From NCBI RefSeq assembly GCF_006345805.1, contig NC_042999.1, forward strand, positions 139,686,001-139,750,000: a stretch of DNA of 64,000 nucleotides. Reading direction: 5' to 3'. The stretch's first letter is position 1; every line of letters begins with the position of its first letter. The stretch is from Octopus sinensis. Its lineage: Eukaryota. Under the pieces are notes generated by a model that was given only the letters and a program-made list of their open reading frames with translations, was not told where the DNA came from and did not search any database. Of the stretch, positions 1 to 11,752 are shown one piece after another. Position numbers and translations under genes: made by a program.

Positions 1-106
1 TTCCATCTGGAAGAACAAAGAACGTCTATCGCGAAGTGCTGTAACCATATTTCATCAACGACTATACTATATCGGCTATCTTATATTAACTGTGTTTATA
101 AATGAA

Positions 107-679
107 TCTATATATATAAAGCTGAAGTTGTCTGTGTGTGTGTGGCAGGTTTAGTGGCCTTCAACTAACACTATCTCCCCCGACACCCTGCAGTGCAAGT
201 TGACCAAAATTGAGAGTATAAGAGGTTTGCTAGTATATATTCCATAGAAGAAAAAATTCAAATTGGACCATGTTAAGACCAAAAATTACTTACATCAAAA
301 AGGTGCTTTTTTTCAATGAAAATTCCTATTTTTTAACGATTTTTTGACTGCTGTGTACTCTTTCTTAATGAATACTGTTGCAGCGTTAACTTCTTAATAG
401 ATTTTCAGTGCAGTTCGAAACTTGAGCTTCATTTTGCTTTAAATCTATGTGTAATTTTTTTCTCCATAATGCTAATAGAAGGAATATTAACCAACAATAC
501 CAACAATTGAAGTCGGCATTACACATTTGCAGCACATTCAAAGCAAACTCGAGCATCGCCACACTATACTTTTATTCATAGATTGAAACCATGTCAAAAC
601 TTTGTTAATGCGACATCTAAGTCTGCCATTTTAAGCACAACTAAAAAACAAACCTGAGCAATGCTGGGTTATACTGCTA

Positions 680-680
<1 letters not shown>
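107..680 (+). mobile_element. Non-autonomous Helitron-like element
   Basis: 5' TCTATATATATAAAG at 107. 3' end has an imperfect hairpin (aacctgagcaatgctgggtt, 651-670) followed by CTAG (677-680). Inserted between A and T with no TSD. Confidence 0.65.
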
Positions 681-722
<42 letters not shown>

Positions 723-879
723 AGGTTGGCCAAAAGTTTAATTCCAAGATTAAAACAAAATATTATTTTATATGAGAATTTGCTAATAAATAGACAAATG
801 TTGAAAAAAAATATATATATAGGGTACATATGAAATCAGAGTAAAAGTAAGGGTTCACCAAGGATCGGTCATCAGCCTC

Positions 880-1345
880 CTTTGGTCATCATAGTCCTTA
901 AGAGGAATTTAAGTCAGGCTGCCCCTGGGATCTCCTCTACACTGATGACCTTGTTCTTCTTGCTGTATGGACTGTATGATGCCTGTGTGCAAACAGCTGT
1001 GCTACATGGGCTGTGATAGGCTTGAAAGAAACAAAGCTAGCATGCTTCACTGGATGTGCACGTACAACAGAGTGTAAGCACCTTGAGAGAAATGTTGAGC
1101 ACAAGAGGCATCAGATGTGTGCAAGAGAGAAGACTGCAATGGTATAGTCATGTGATGCATAAGGACAAGGACAGCTGTATAAAGAAGTGCTGATCTCTAA
1201 CCATGGAGGGCATCTGTGGAAAAGGTAGACCCAGGAAGACATGGGACAAGGTGGTGAAGCATGATCTTCGAACAATGGGCCTCATGGAGGCAATGACTAG
1301 TGACCAAAACCTTTGGTGATATGCCGTGCTCAAGAAGACCCGTCA
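880..1345 (+). mobile_element. RTE-clade LINE 3' fragment (degenerate RT C-terminus)
   Basis: Decayed PWxLLYxDDLVL and LRWYGHV...GRPRKTW motifs with stops and frameshifts. Boundaries approximate. Confidence 0.7.
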
Positions 1346-1859
1346 AGTTAAGTGAAATCGTAGTTATGGCCGATGCCAGTGTCACATAATAAGCACCTGT
1401 TAAGCATTGGGCCTCACAGAGGCAATATGCCCGGTGCCAGTGTTGCGTAACTGGTACATCAAAGCACTTTTCGAGCATTAGGCCTAACAATGACACATGA
1501 CCAATACCTTTAGCAATATGCCATGCTTGAGATGCAGACGCACTGGTATCTTAACTACAATTTCCATTTGATGGTGTTGACGTACTTGACTCAATAGGTC
1601 TCCTCAAGTAGAGCGGATCACTCTACGATCCAAGGTCAGCACAGCAGGCCATCCTGCGAGCATGAGCTCACATCATTTGTCAGGTCTTCGCAGTCACAGC
1701 ATATCTCATAGGTCTCAGTCTTTCGTTATTTCCTCTGTGAGGCCCAATGTGCCACCGGCACAGGTATTACAACTAAAATAATCTATTTGATTTTTATTTT
1801 GATGTACTTGACTCAACAGGTCTCCTCAAGCACAGCAGGTTGCCCTAAAAACCAAGGTT

Positions 1860-3100
1860 AGCACAGCAGGCTGTCCTGCAAGACATGAACTCACTTCATT
1901 TGTCGGTTTTTGAAGTCACAGCATATCTCCAGAGGTCTTGGTCTTTCGTCATAGCCTGTGTGAGGCCCAGCGTACGGAGGTCATGCTTGACCACCTCATC
2001 CCGTCTTCTTGAGTCTACCTCTACCCAAGAATCCTTCAACAGTTTGGGAGTGGCACCTCTTCACACATCTCTCCTCATTCATCCATAGTACATGACCATA
2101 CCAACGCAAACGTCTCTCCTGCATGCCACATCTGATGCTTCTTATGTCCAACATTTCTCCCAGGGCACTTACGCTCTGTCGTACATGAACACTGACATTA
2201 CACATCCAGCGGATCGTGCTAGCTTCATTTCTTTTGAGCATACGCATGTCCTCCACAGTCACAGCCCATGTTTCACTGCCGTTAAGCATAGCAGTTCACA
2301 CACATGCGTCATACAATCTACCTTCACTCTGAGCGAGAGACCCTTTGTCGCCAGTAGGGGAAGAAGCTTTCTAAACTTTGCCGAGGCTATTCTAGTGGTA
2401 ACACTCTCTGAGCATCCATCCCCACTACTAACTTGGTCACCTAGGTAGCAGAAACTATCAACTACTTCTAGTTTCTACCCCCGGGAGTGTAATGGAATCT
2501 GTTTTCTGAATATCTGTGATGTCTCTTGCCCCTGTGCATCTGCCGCACACGAAAGCTATCTTCTCGGTTAATTTTCCTTTGATGTTGATGCACCTTTTAT
2601 GCATCCATAGCTTACACTGGGTACATCTTATGGAGTTTCTACCTAAACTTTTTCTACAGATCAAGCAGGGCCACTTACCTAAGGGGGTTGTTGTGAGTTT
2701 GCTTTCTACTTACTAGAACTTTGGTCTTTGCTACACTGACTCTAAGGCCTTTTGATTCTAAACCTAGCCTCCACACCCAAAATTTCTTTTCTAGTTCCAG
2801 TAGTGATTCTGCTAAGAGGGCTAGGTCATCAGCATAGAGGAGTTCCCAGGGGCAATCCGTCTTGAATTCCAGTTATTGCCTGGAGGTCTATGATGAATAA
2901 AAGAGGACTGAGGGCTGAACCATGATGGACGCCAACTTCTACCCAGAATTCTTCACTGTATTCATTGCTAATCCTAACCTAAAAGCCTCTCTGTAAATCA
3001 TCAATAGCCAGTTTCTGCATCGCCCACCAGACAAGGGATCGGGGGACCCTGTCAAAGGCTTTCTTCAAGTCCACAAAAGCTAAGTGTAGGGGTTTATTCT
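1860..3100 (-). mobile_element. RTE-clade LINE fragment (RT with Cys-rich insert)
   Basis: ORFs 1996-2289 (GSETWAV...RLRWYGHV) and 2458-2664 (CxxC/HxxC insert). GCPWELLYADDLA reads on the minus strand near 2820-2860 and AFVDLKKAFDRV near 3050-3080. Confidence 0.8.
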
Positions 3101-3632
3101 TTGGTCCTCACATTGCTGGACATTGGCAAACTTCTTTTCCACTTCAATCTTGGCTATGTATACCTGCCACCCAGCCTCCTTTTTGGCTGGGTAGCAGGTA
3201 TACATGCATATATATACACACACTTTTTTTATGAGTTAACAAGGCTACTAATGATTTCATGGAAAGAGGGATCGCTTAATTTTTAAGCTTGCTCCAAGGG
3301 AACATTAGCTTTTGCCTCTATTTTGGATGAGAATACATGAATTTACACAACACTGTACAGAATTTGGGGATAAATTTACAGATCATGGTAGATAACTTAT
3401 AAAGAAATCTTGTTTCCTCATAAACAGTTTGTGCAAAGGCTTTATAGATTTAGGTATTCTATAGAAAAATCCAACAACAAAGGAATCTGGTTGTTACCTA
3501 TAATTAAAATTTGTAAAGAGATTCTTACAAAACAGAAAAAGGGTTTTTTTTCAGAGAAATCAAACAAAACAATTATTTTGGAAATTTTTAATATACAAAT
3601 ATAATTATTTATCAAAATATAAATACTCAGTC

Positions 3633-3673
<41 letters not shown>

Positions 3674-3697
3674 ATCAAAAGATTAATTTTTATGGTG

Positions 3698-4588
3698 TCA
3701 AGTAAGGTCATTTGCTTTATATAAACTTATACTTTTGACGTTGGTAACTTGTGTTGATGATAATGGTAAACTGTCCCCTCCTGCTGTAAAAAGTCCTACA
3801 GGATAGACACCTTCATTGCTACCAGAAGTCACATTGCTGTCAATTGACTGAGTTGTTATAGTTTGATTGAGTGGTTTTGAAGGGTCTTCTCTTATGGGAC
3901 TGGACTGAGAACACATTTTCTCTACAATACATGATGCAGGGGATAAGTCAGAAACTAGAGAACTTTCAAATACATTAGATTTTAATTTAGCTGTTATTCC
4001 ATGTATTATATCTGTTGCTGCTTCATTTGAAACTGTAGATGTATCAAAATATTTATTCAGGTGACCATATTCGTCATCTTCAGGCCCAACAGGTTCAATT
4101 TTCACACCAGGGGCCATGCAAAAATTTTCAGAAAAGTTATTGTTTGTACTCAGTGATCCAATCTCAGAAGGCTCTTGTTTAATATCAAATGCTTGTGTAG
4201 TGATGGATGGAGTAGACTGAGATGTAACTGAAATGATAGATGATGATGGTAGAGGTGGTGGAACTGATAGTTTGGTCTGTGTGTTGTAATGGTCACCTAA
4301 GACAGTAGATGTTGAAATATGTGGTTGAGATTCTTCATATGGAAGGCGACTATCACACAGTTGTTCAAATTCTTTCATGTCCAAACGTTTTGCAATGATT
4401 TTCAACTGATGTAAAATATCTGGATCAAGATCTAATAATCCATTGTACATGTATTCAGCAAAGGCATTTAAAGCTTGTGTACTTACTTCCTCTGGAAAGT
4501 TAATTTCAAGAAAATTGCGAGAGGGGATATTTGTACTAAATACTGACAATAATTTTGGACACACAGCAGACAGGACAACTTTATGTAC
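3698..4588 (-). CDS. BTB gene C, constant terminal exon (C-terminal part of BTB/POZ plus Ser/Thr-rich tail)
   Basis: Acceptor tttcag|GTACAT at 4588 (phase 0). Reads VHKVVLSAVCPKL...AFAEYMYNGLL, the BTB core. Stop TGA at 3698-3700. Clear paralogue of 54681-55745 and 24188-25165. Confidence 0.9.
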   Translation of the reverse strand, partial: VHKVVLSAVCPKLLSVFSTNIPSRNFLEINFPEEVSTQALNAFAEYMYNGLLDLDPDILHQLKIIAKRLDMKEFEQLCDSRLPYEESQPHISTSTVLGDHYNTQTKLSVPPPLPSSSIISVTSQSTPSITTQAFDIKQEPSEIGSLSTNNNFSENFCMAPGVKIEPVGPEDDEYGHLNKYFDTSTVSNEAATDIIHGITAKLKSNVFESSLVSDLSPASCIVEKMCSQSSPIREDPSKPLNQTITTQSIDSNVTSGSNEGVYPVGLFTAGGDSLPLSSTQVTNVKSISLYKANDLT

Positions 4589-4786
4589 CTGAAACAAAGT
4601 AAATGATAAAACATGCTAATAACTTAACTTAAATCAAGGAGTAAGTCTTTATTCCTTGTTTTTCTCCCCAAAATATTCAATTCCAAACAGGAAAACAATT
4701 GTCTCTAATGAAAAATTAGTAAAATTCAAAAGTTATTTTGATTTGTGTATCTTTATTAGCAATTTGAAAAAAATTATATCAATATA

Positions 4787-5185
4787 GGCGCAGGAGTGGC
4801 TATGGTAAGTAGCTTGCTAACCAACCACATGGTTCCGGTTCAGTCCCACTGCGTGGCATCTTGGGCAGGCGTCTTCTGCTATAGCCCTGGGCAGACCAAT
4901 GCCTTGTGAGTGGATTTGGTAGACAGAAACTGAAAGAAGCCTGTCGTATATATGTATATATATATATGTATGCGTGTGAGTTTGTGTGTCTGTGTTTGTC
5001 CCCCTAGCATTGCTTGACAACCGATGCTGGTGTGTTTACATCCCCGTCACTTAGCGGTTCGGCAAAAGAGACTGATAGAATAAGTACTGGGCTTCCAAAG
5101 AATAAGTCCCGGGGTTGATTTGCTCGACTAAAGGCGGTGCTCCAGCATGGCCACAGTCAAATGACTGAAACAAGTAAGAAGAGTA
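4787..5185 (+). mobile_element. tRNA-derived SINE, family 1 (full length)
   Basis: tRNA-like head (ggcgcaggagtggc...ggttcagtccc), central microsatellite and ...gactgaaacaagtaa tail. Near-identical inverted copy at 42439-42828. Confidence 0.85.
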
Positions 5186-5654
5186 TATGATGTGCAGGTA
5201 ACTTTAAAAATCTTAAGAAACTGTTTGATAACTATTATAAAACACACTGAGAAAGATAAACTTGTTTACTGGACACTTGGAATATATAAACTGTCCTTTT
5301 TTACCAAAAAAAAAATGTTTCAAAAAGTTGGGCCTCCCATAAGCTTGTATTTTCTCCTATATTTTATTATTGTAATCATGTAGAATATTTTCACTAGCAT
5401 GATTCCTGAATTTCGGTTGAGTTGCACTGCTAACTTACTTTTTATATGCAGCGATTGTTTTCTGCTATAGCTAAAATATACTGTAATATATACTAGATTA
5501 CTTTAAATATTACATGCTTTTATCCACTAAAACTCTTTTTCTTGAATATGCACTATGGAAATTGTGGGGGGGGGGCATCTATTGCGACATCAAGTGCAGC
5601 AACTATGTTGGAGGCATTTCTAAATACTAAAGTTTTAAAAAGCAATATACTTAC

Positions 5655-5916
5655 CATCACAGCAGATGAACCATTACTAATACTAGCATCACACAGTTTT
5701 CTATTCCTCCACAGCGAAGCAATGTTAGACATCACACGGCGCTGATAATTAGCAATTACAAATATCTGTTTCCGTGGAGTTTTTTCCACAGGTTTTCTTT
5801 TAGACACTTTTATTTGAGATGTTTTGGCAACACTTGAATGTTGCTGGACTGTCATGTGAGAAGTATCCTGGATAGATTTTGCAGATACCTGAGATGCTGG
5901 AATGATATTTATTTGC
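5655..5916 (-). CDS. BTB gene C, constant exon 2 (N-terminal part of BTB)
   Basis: Acceptor ttttag|G at 5916 (phase 2). Reads ...VMSNIASLWRNRKLCDASISNGSSAVM. Donor ATG|GTAAGT at 5655 (phase 0). Confidence 0.88.
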
Positions 5917-6030
5917 CTAAAATGTAAAATTTGTAAATAATATAAATGAAATAATATAAATAATATTTGTAAATAATACAAATATGATGCAAATTTAATT
6001 ACCAAAATTCCAATTTTAATTACCACATAC

Positions 6031-6209
6031 CTATCATCTAATTGCTGATCATTGATCTGCCTTTTCTGGACTTTTGGTGCTGATGGTTGAAGAGGTGATT
6101 CATCTGCAATGTGCACAGTTGCAGAAGAGTTATTCACAATATACATCATTTTATTTTGCAATTTTTCAGTTTTTCCATAATGATCTTCCATTAAATTAGC
6201 TGTCTGCAA
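6031..6209 (-). CDS. BTB gene C, constant exon 1 (linker)
   Basis: Acceptor ttatag|TTG at 6209 (phase 0) and donor AG|GTATGT at 6031 (phase 2). DESPLQPSAPKVQKRQINDQQLDDR is homologous to gene A DDSPPQPSPAKIQKKQIDDRR. Confidence 0.82.
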
Positions 6210-6759
6210 CTATAAATAAAATTTTTTTTTTACTAAAATGAAAATTATTTGTATAACAGCAATACCCAAAACTTGATTTCAGACACATGAAAAAGTAAGA
6301 CATGAGATTCATAAACCAGGTTAAAACAGCTTATCTATGTAACGATGTGTTTATTGTAACACACACAAAATTAACATAACTTGATATCCATTTTCCATTA
6401 TGGCAGGTTTGAATAGTTCATTTGTCCCACTGTGTCATCTTGCAAAGAGCCTACAAAATGAGAAGAACAGAGAAAAATGACAAATTTTGCTGGTGTGTAT
6501 ATCTTACAGTGTGGAATAGCTGATTTTATTGTGCCACCGGCGCTACTGGGGTTTCCACATGTAGGGAGAACAAAAGTCTCTACCTCCTATATTCAGTTCA
6601 AATTAACAGTTATCAACTGTCTAAACAGGTAGCTCTGATGCAGGTTGCAGAGTCAACAATCTCAATCATATGCTTCAATTATTTGACATGGTTTCTACAG
6701 TCCAATGCCTGTCTTATCACCAACTCTCTTTCTCTTTATATATACATAAGCACCCATGC

Positions 6760-6980
6760 CAATGACATGTAAAAGGCACTCATGACAAGTGACATGTAAA
6801 AGGCACCCATGATGGTGACACAAAGGAACCTGTTCCAAAGACACTCTTGAAGTGGTTGGTGTTAGAAAAGGCAAAGCCAAAATCAGACTGGAGCCTGATA
6901 TAGTTCTCCGGCTTACCAGTTCTAGTCAAACCATCTAACTCATGCCAGCATGGATAACAGATGCTAAATGATGATGATGA

Positions 6981-6982
<2 letters not shown>
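6760..6982 (+). mobile_element. Interspersed repeat with (GAT)n tail (RTE-associated SINE/3' end)
   Basis: Contains taaaaggcacc sub-repeats, gtggttggtgttag and a catgccagcatgga...atgatgatg tail. Recurs at about 22300, 29600, 35040, 41405 (minus), 45675 and 49580. Confidence 0.7.
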
Positions 6983-7017
<35 letters not shown>

Positions 7018-7798
7018 TAGTTGAGAAAGGGGTTAAGTATCCATACAAATCAAAAGTTATAGTTAAAAAAATAAAGGTGGAAACAGCACAAAAGTATGTT
7101 TAAAGATTGTTTTATATTTGTTACGTTGAGGGACTTTTTATAAATGCACGTACGTGTGTAGCCCAAAAAATGATTACCTGCTTTGTTTCTCACAAATTTG
7201 CCATAATAAAAACTGAACAAAATGCTGAGGTTAATAAGCATGTCTCAACATGGTCAGCTCTGGTAGAAATTGTGGAGTTCCATCACACTGCTAATATGAC
7301 ATTTGTGAAACATCTGCTCCAGGGAGAACTAACTAATAGCACAAAAGGGTAAGGAAACATACAAGAGCAGGTTCTGCTCTTGTATGATTGCAGCCATAGT
7401 TAGAAGAGTGATGGAAGGCTGGGTGTTAGGAAGATGAGAGGTGAGAAAGATTTGATAGATTAGGTACAAGGGAAATATAGAAATACATTATTAGTCAAAT
7501 GAATATTTAAAATAAAATATCTGTAACCATATACTAAAAACAATATTGTTGAATACACCAACATTTATTGATACATAAAGATGCATGTATTTCAATACAG
7601 AAGTGAGCACACCAACACAAAAGTAATGCAACAGAAAGGCAAGTCTTACAATTCAAACAATAAGGAGACAACATTTTTCTTCATTATTATTCTAACAATC
7701 AACATGAGAGGAAGATTTGAACCATTACTTGAGGAACTGGAAATGATGAAAGTACAAGTTGTAATGTAACTGAGGGATACTTCATCTATTTAATTAAG

Positions 7799-8026
7799 GC
7801 GGCGAGCTGGCAGAAACGTTAGCACACCGGGCGAAATGCCTAGCCGTATTTCGTCTGCCGTTACGTTCTGAGTTCAAATTCCGCCGAGGTCGACTTTGCC
7901 TTTCATCCTTTCGGGGTCGATAAATTAAGTACCAGTTACGCACTGGGTCAATGTAATCGACTTAATCCCTTTGTCTGTCCTTGTTTGTCCTCTCTGTGTT
8001 TAGCCCCTTGTGGGTAGTAAAGAATA
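7799..8026 (+). mobile_element. tRNA-derived SINE, family 2
   Basis: B-box-like gagttcaaattcc. Flanked by the direct repeat tatttaattaag (7787-7798 and 8027-8038), read as a TSD. Decayed inverted copies at about 12730-12930 and 47065-47270. Confidence 0.85.
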
Positions 8027-8146
8027 TATTTAATTAAGATATCAGACTCTACACTTTTGTATTGAGTTCTTTTTTATCTTCTTCAATTTGACATTCGAAT
8101 TTTTACCCGAATAAGGTTACCAAACCAAAAGAAGAAGGAAACAAAC

Positions 8147-8425
8147 CAAATTTATTTCTGCTGCCTGTGTCAGTTGGATACATTTTGATGTCGGTTGTGA
8201 AGCTTCAGCTGCCCGTTTTTGTCGCTTTTTAATTCTGTCTAGGGTTTTTCGCCTAGAAGTCTTTTCAGGAGTTTCTGTTGCTCGTATCAGTTGCATTCTG
8301 ATTCTGTTTTTGGTCCTTCGTTCTGCAGTCTTCTCTGCCGTTTCTACTGCCCGCAAGCTTCGCATTCTTCTTGCACTGTCTTTCCGTCGTTGCTCAACAC
8401 TCGTAGATCGTGATCGAGGCATCAT
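8147..8425 (-). CDS. Variable first exon C-V2: STPR-like 23-aa repeat DNA-binding module (93 codons)
   Basis: ATG at 8425. Two exact 23-residue periods, RAVETAEKTAERRTKNRIRMQLI and RATETPEKTSRRKTLDRIKKRQK. Phase-0 donor TTG|GTTTGT at 8147 is compatible with acceptor 6209. Confidence 0.72.
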
Positions 8426-9504
8426 GAATGTTGAACGAAGGATTGTTAAGGGGTTTGGAATTAAAATTAAGAAAAAATAACATAAAATGAAGATTCTTCA
8501 CCAATTTTTCACTGAAGAATCATGCGTGTTGAAAAAAAACTTTGTATTTCAACAGTTTTACAGTGAAATGCTAAAATACGAGTTGACAAAGAAATTCAAA
8601 GGTTGTTGGAAAGTTCAACATAAAATTTGCATATGACTAAATAGATGATTTTTTAAATAATAATCATGGTTATGAAAAAGAAAGTGAACAAAATGAAATA
8701 CTTATAGAAAATAGTGCATAGAATTTGAATGATGGCAGGCGAATCAATCGTACTGTAGATCGTTGTAGGATATAAATAATATAAGCACTTGCTTATCGAG
8801 AAATTTGTAAGTTCGATTAAAAAAAAAAATTTTAAGTATCACTGTTACGAATTATAATATCCTATCATTAATTCCTTTCTACAATAGTAAATAATAGATA
8901 AAAATATAGATATCTTATTTTGTACTGAGTACGAAAATGCGGCATAATGTCAAATGACGTTGATAGATGGATACTGTCTATATAATATAATATATCATAT
9001 AATATAAAACAACGCGTCTAAGGCGTTGGACGGTAGGGCTTAACGAATTAGACGGCGAGCAGAAATAAAGTTTGAATACAATTTGTCATAAACCAGATAC
9101 CCATTTTCTGAAAGTTATGAGGGAAAAATGTAGTTATGCCACATAATACATGTTTTTATGTACTAGTAATAGAGTTTTGTGCTGAGAACATACCAAAACA
9201 ATGCATACCCTATGTGTACATAAATTCTTTTGCAAAATATCTGCAGAGTCAAAACATTTTGATTCACTGGTTTGCCAGTTTTGAAGATAATCAACCCAAA
9301 ATTAAATGAGCTCAAGCCATTCACCCAATGAATATTCCTGCCAAATTTGATGAAAATCTGTTCGGCCGTTTCTCAGTAATTTTGCAAACACACAAACAAA
9401 GATGAGCAACTACTACAATACCCTGCTTTCACCAACGCGTGCAAGGTATAATTGTTTTGGGATGTGGACTAAGATGTCTAATGTATGTAGCAACAGTATA
9501 ATTT

Positions 9505-10487
9505 TCTTGCAGGCGGAGGGAAAGGACATGGACCGCACTCCATTTCAATTTTTTTTTTTTTTTTTTTTTGCTTTTTTCTTCAGAAAGCCATTTTTCGACT
9601 GCGGGGAATCCGAATCTGCAAAAAATATCAACATTTCAAAATTTTAATTCACCCCCACCCCTACTCTCCAATTTTTCACCTTTTTTTAGAAATATTTTTT
9701 TTTTTGCCGAAATACATAGAAAATACGGAGATGATGATTCTGAAAAAAAAATTTGTAAAATTTCAATTTTTCAAAAATCAATGATCACCCCCTCCACTCT
9801 GCCAGCGCATCTGTGACAGAAAGTAAACATGTGGTTGAGGGTCTTTTGGGATTAAGAAAGGTATGTAAAAATTATTTTGTTTTGCACACACACGACAACA
9901 AAATGATATTTAAATTTTTTTTCTTTTTTGGTAATTCGTATTTAGTATGTGGATCTTCGGTTTGGCTTTTGTTTCTAGCTTGTCGGACTTTCCGGTTGGA
10001 GCGTATATAGAAATTGAAGATATTGAAAACCCCCAAAACATGTTTTCAAAATTTTAATTTTTCCCCTCTCCACCCCTCTGGCAAAGAAAAAAGGAGGTGG
10101 GGGAAATTAAAATTTTGAAAACGTGATTTATCGTTTAGCTGCTGTTTCTAGCAGTCGAGTTTAGATACTTTTTACGTCTGCTATTTTAGTACGAGAGGAG
10201 GGATGTTTATTATTATTATTTTTTATTTCTTGGAAAATTGAAATTTTACAAAATTTTTTTCAGAATCATAATCTCCTAATTTTTCTACGTATTTCGCAAA
10301 AAAAAAAAAAAAAAAAAAAAATCTGAAAAAAGTGAAAAACTGGGATTTGGGGTTAAAATTTTGAAATGCCGATTTTGGCTGGCAGATTCGGAATCTCTGC
10401 AGTCGAAAAGGTGGGTTTCTATAGAAAAAAAAACAAAAAACCGAAAGGGGGTGCGGTCCATGTCCTTTACCTCTGCCTTCAGAAAAA
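9505..10487. mobile_element. Foldback/MITE-like element with about 260-bp inverted arms
   Basis: 9505-9770 (aggcggagggaaaggacatggaccgcac...) is the reverse complement of about 10225-10487 (...gtgcggtccatgtcctttacctctgcct). Additional internal inverted repeat at about 10040-10125. Confidence 0.8.
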
Positions 10488-11650
10488 CCCAAGTCTTTGT
10501 GATGTAATTTTGCAAATGTTAGTTTATACATGTTTAGTTAACGCAAAAACTGTGAAATTTAAACTTTGAGTGTCTTTAAATGTTTAGTTACATGCTGTTG
10601 ATGTTTTGGAGATGTAGTGCGAGACTGTTTACTCAATATTTGTAACAATTGCATTTTGGTGTGCTGAAGGAAAGTAGATCACCATGTCCCTATGTGTATG
10701 TGATATGAATGCAGAAGATTGAAGAGAAGAAAGATACACTCATCATAAATGATTTATGTGTGTGCGAGAGAGTGGTTAGACATTGCTATAAGTAGGTCAT
10801 TAAAGTACAAAAAGAAGAATATAGGAGAAATAACCGAACCTTGAGGTACATCAGAGGTGGTAATGAGTCAATAACTTTGGCAACACTTCTGGTAATGTGG
10901 CAGTCCAAAAAGAAATTTTCAGTCTTAGAGATGAGACAAATGCAGTCCATAGGAGTAAACTTAAGTAGTTTTCACTTGAAGTATTTGCTGATGTCAATGG
11001 CAACAACATTGCTTACACCAAAGTTCTCAAGAGTGAGAGATGAGTAGTGTATTAAGTGGGAGCAGATGTCCAACAGATCTGGTTGTATGGAAACTGTGCC
11101 GGTAATCACTGAGAAAGGAAAGAAATTCAATATGATAAAAGAAAGTTTTCTCACCTTTCAGATATTGAAAGTGAGGGCGATTGGTTGAGTGCTTTTTATC
11201 AAGAAGACTTCTTTTATGATATTAATCCATAATCTAATCAGAAGAGTAAGCAATGAATCTAAAGGAGATTATACATGATTAAACTGACTTTTGTGAGCTT
11301 CAGCAGGCTCAGAATCTGTTAAATTCCTTAAAGTCCTGTGACAATTTTGAAATTACTAAACCACTTTTCTCCTAAGTTCACTTTGGCATACTTCAGTTAT
11401 TTCATTCAAATTGTGCCACCCCCAGAACTAATATCATTAACATCACTGAATTTGCCAGCAGGACAACTGAACAATCTATAATGTTCAACAGTTAGATAGT
11501 CTTATGCATCTGATAGATCTAATACTTCGATTTTCAGAAAGCCTGCAAGAGCCCTCACTGAACCCTTTTATCTACCTTCTTTTTCACTGGTTACATAGAA
11601 TCAGGGCCCAGCTGATTTCCACCTGGCATATTAAAGTTTTACATGACACC

Positions 11651-11752
11651 TGTCAAAATATTTTCGTCGCTTTGAGACTGCGACCTGTTCACTGACAAAA
11701 TACTGTGTCAGTGAATAAGTCGCGGTCTCAAAGCGACGAAAATATTTTGGCA
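11651..11752. repeat. Near-perfect 47-bp inverted repeat (hairpin)
   Basis: 11651-11697 pairs with 11706-11752, with 4 mismatches and an 8-nt loop. Confidence 0.9.
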
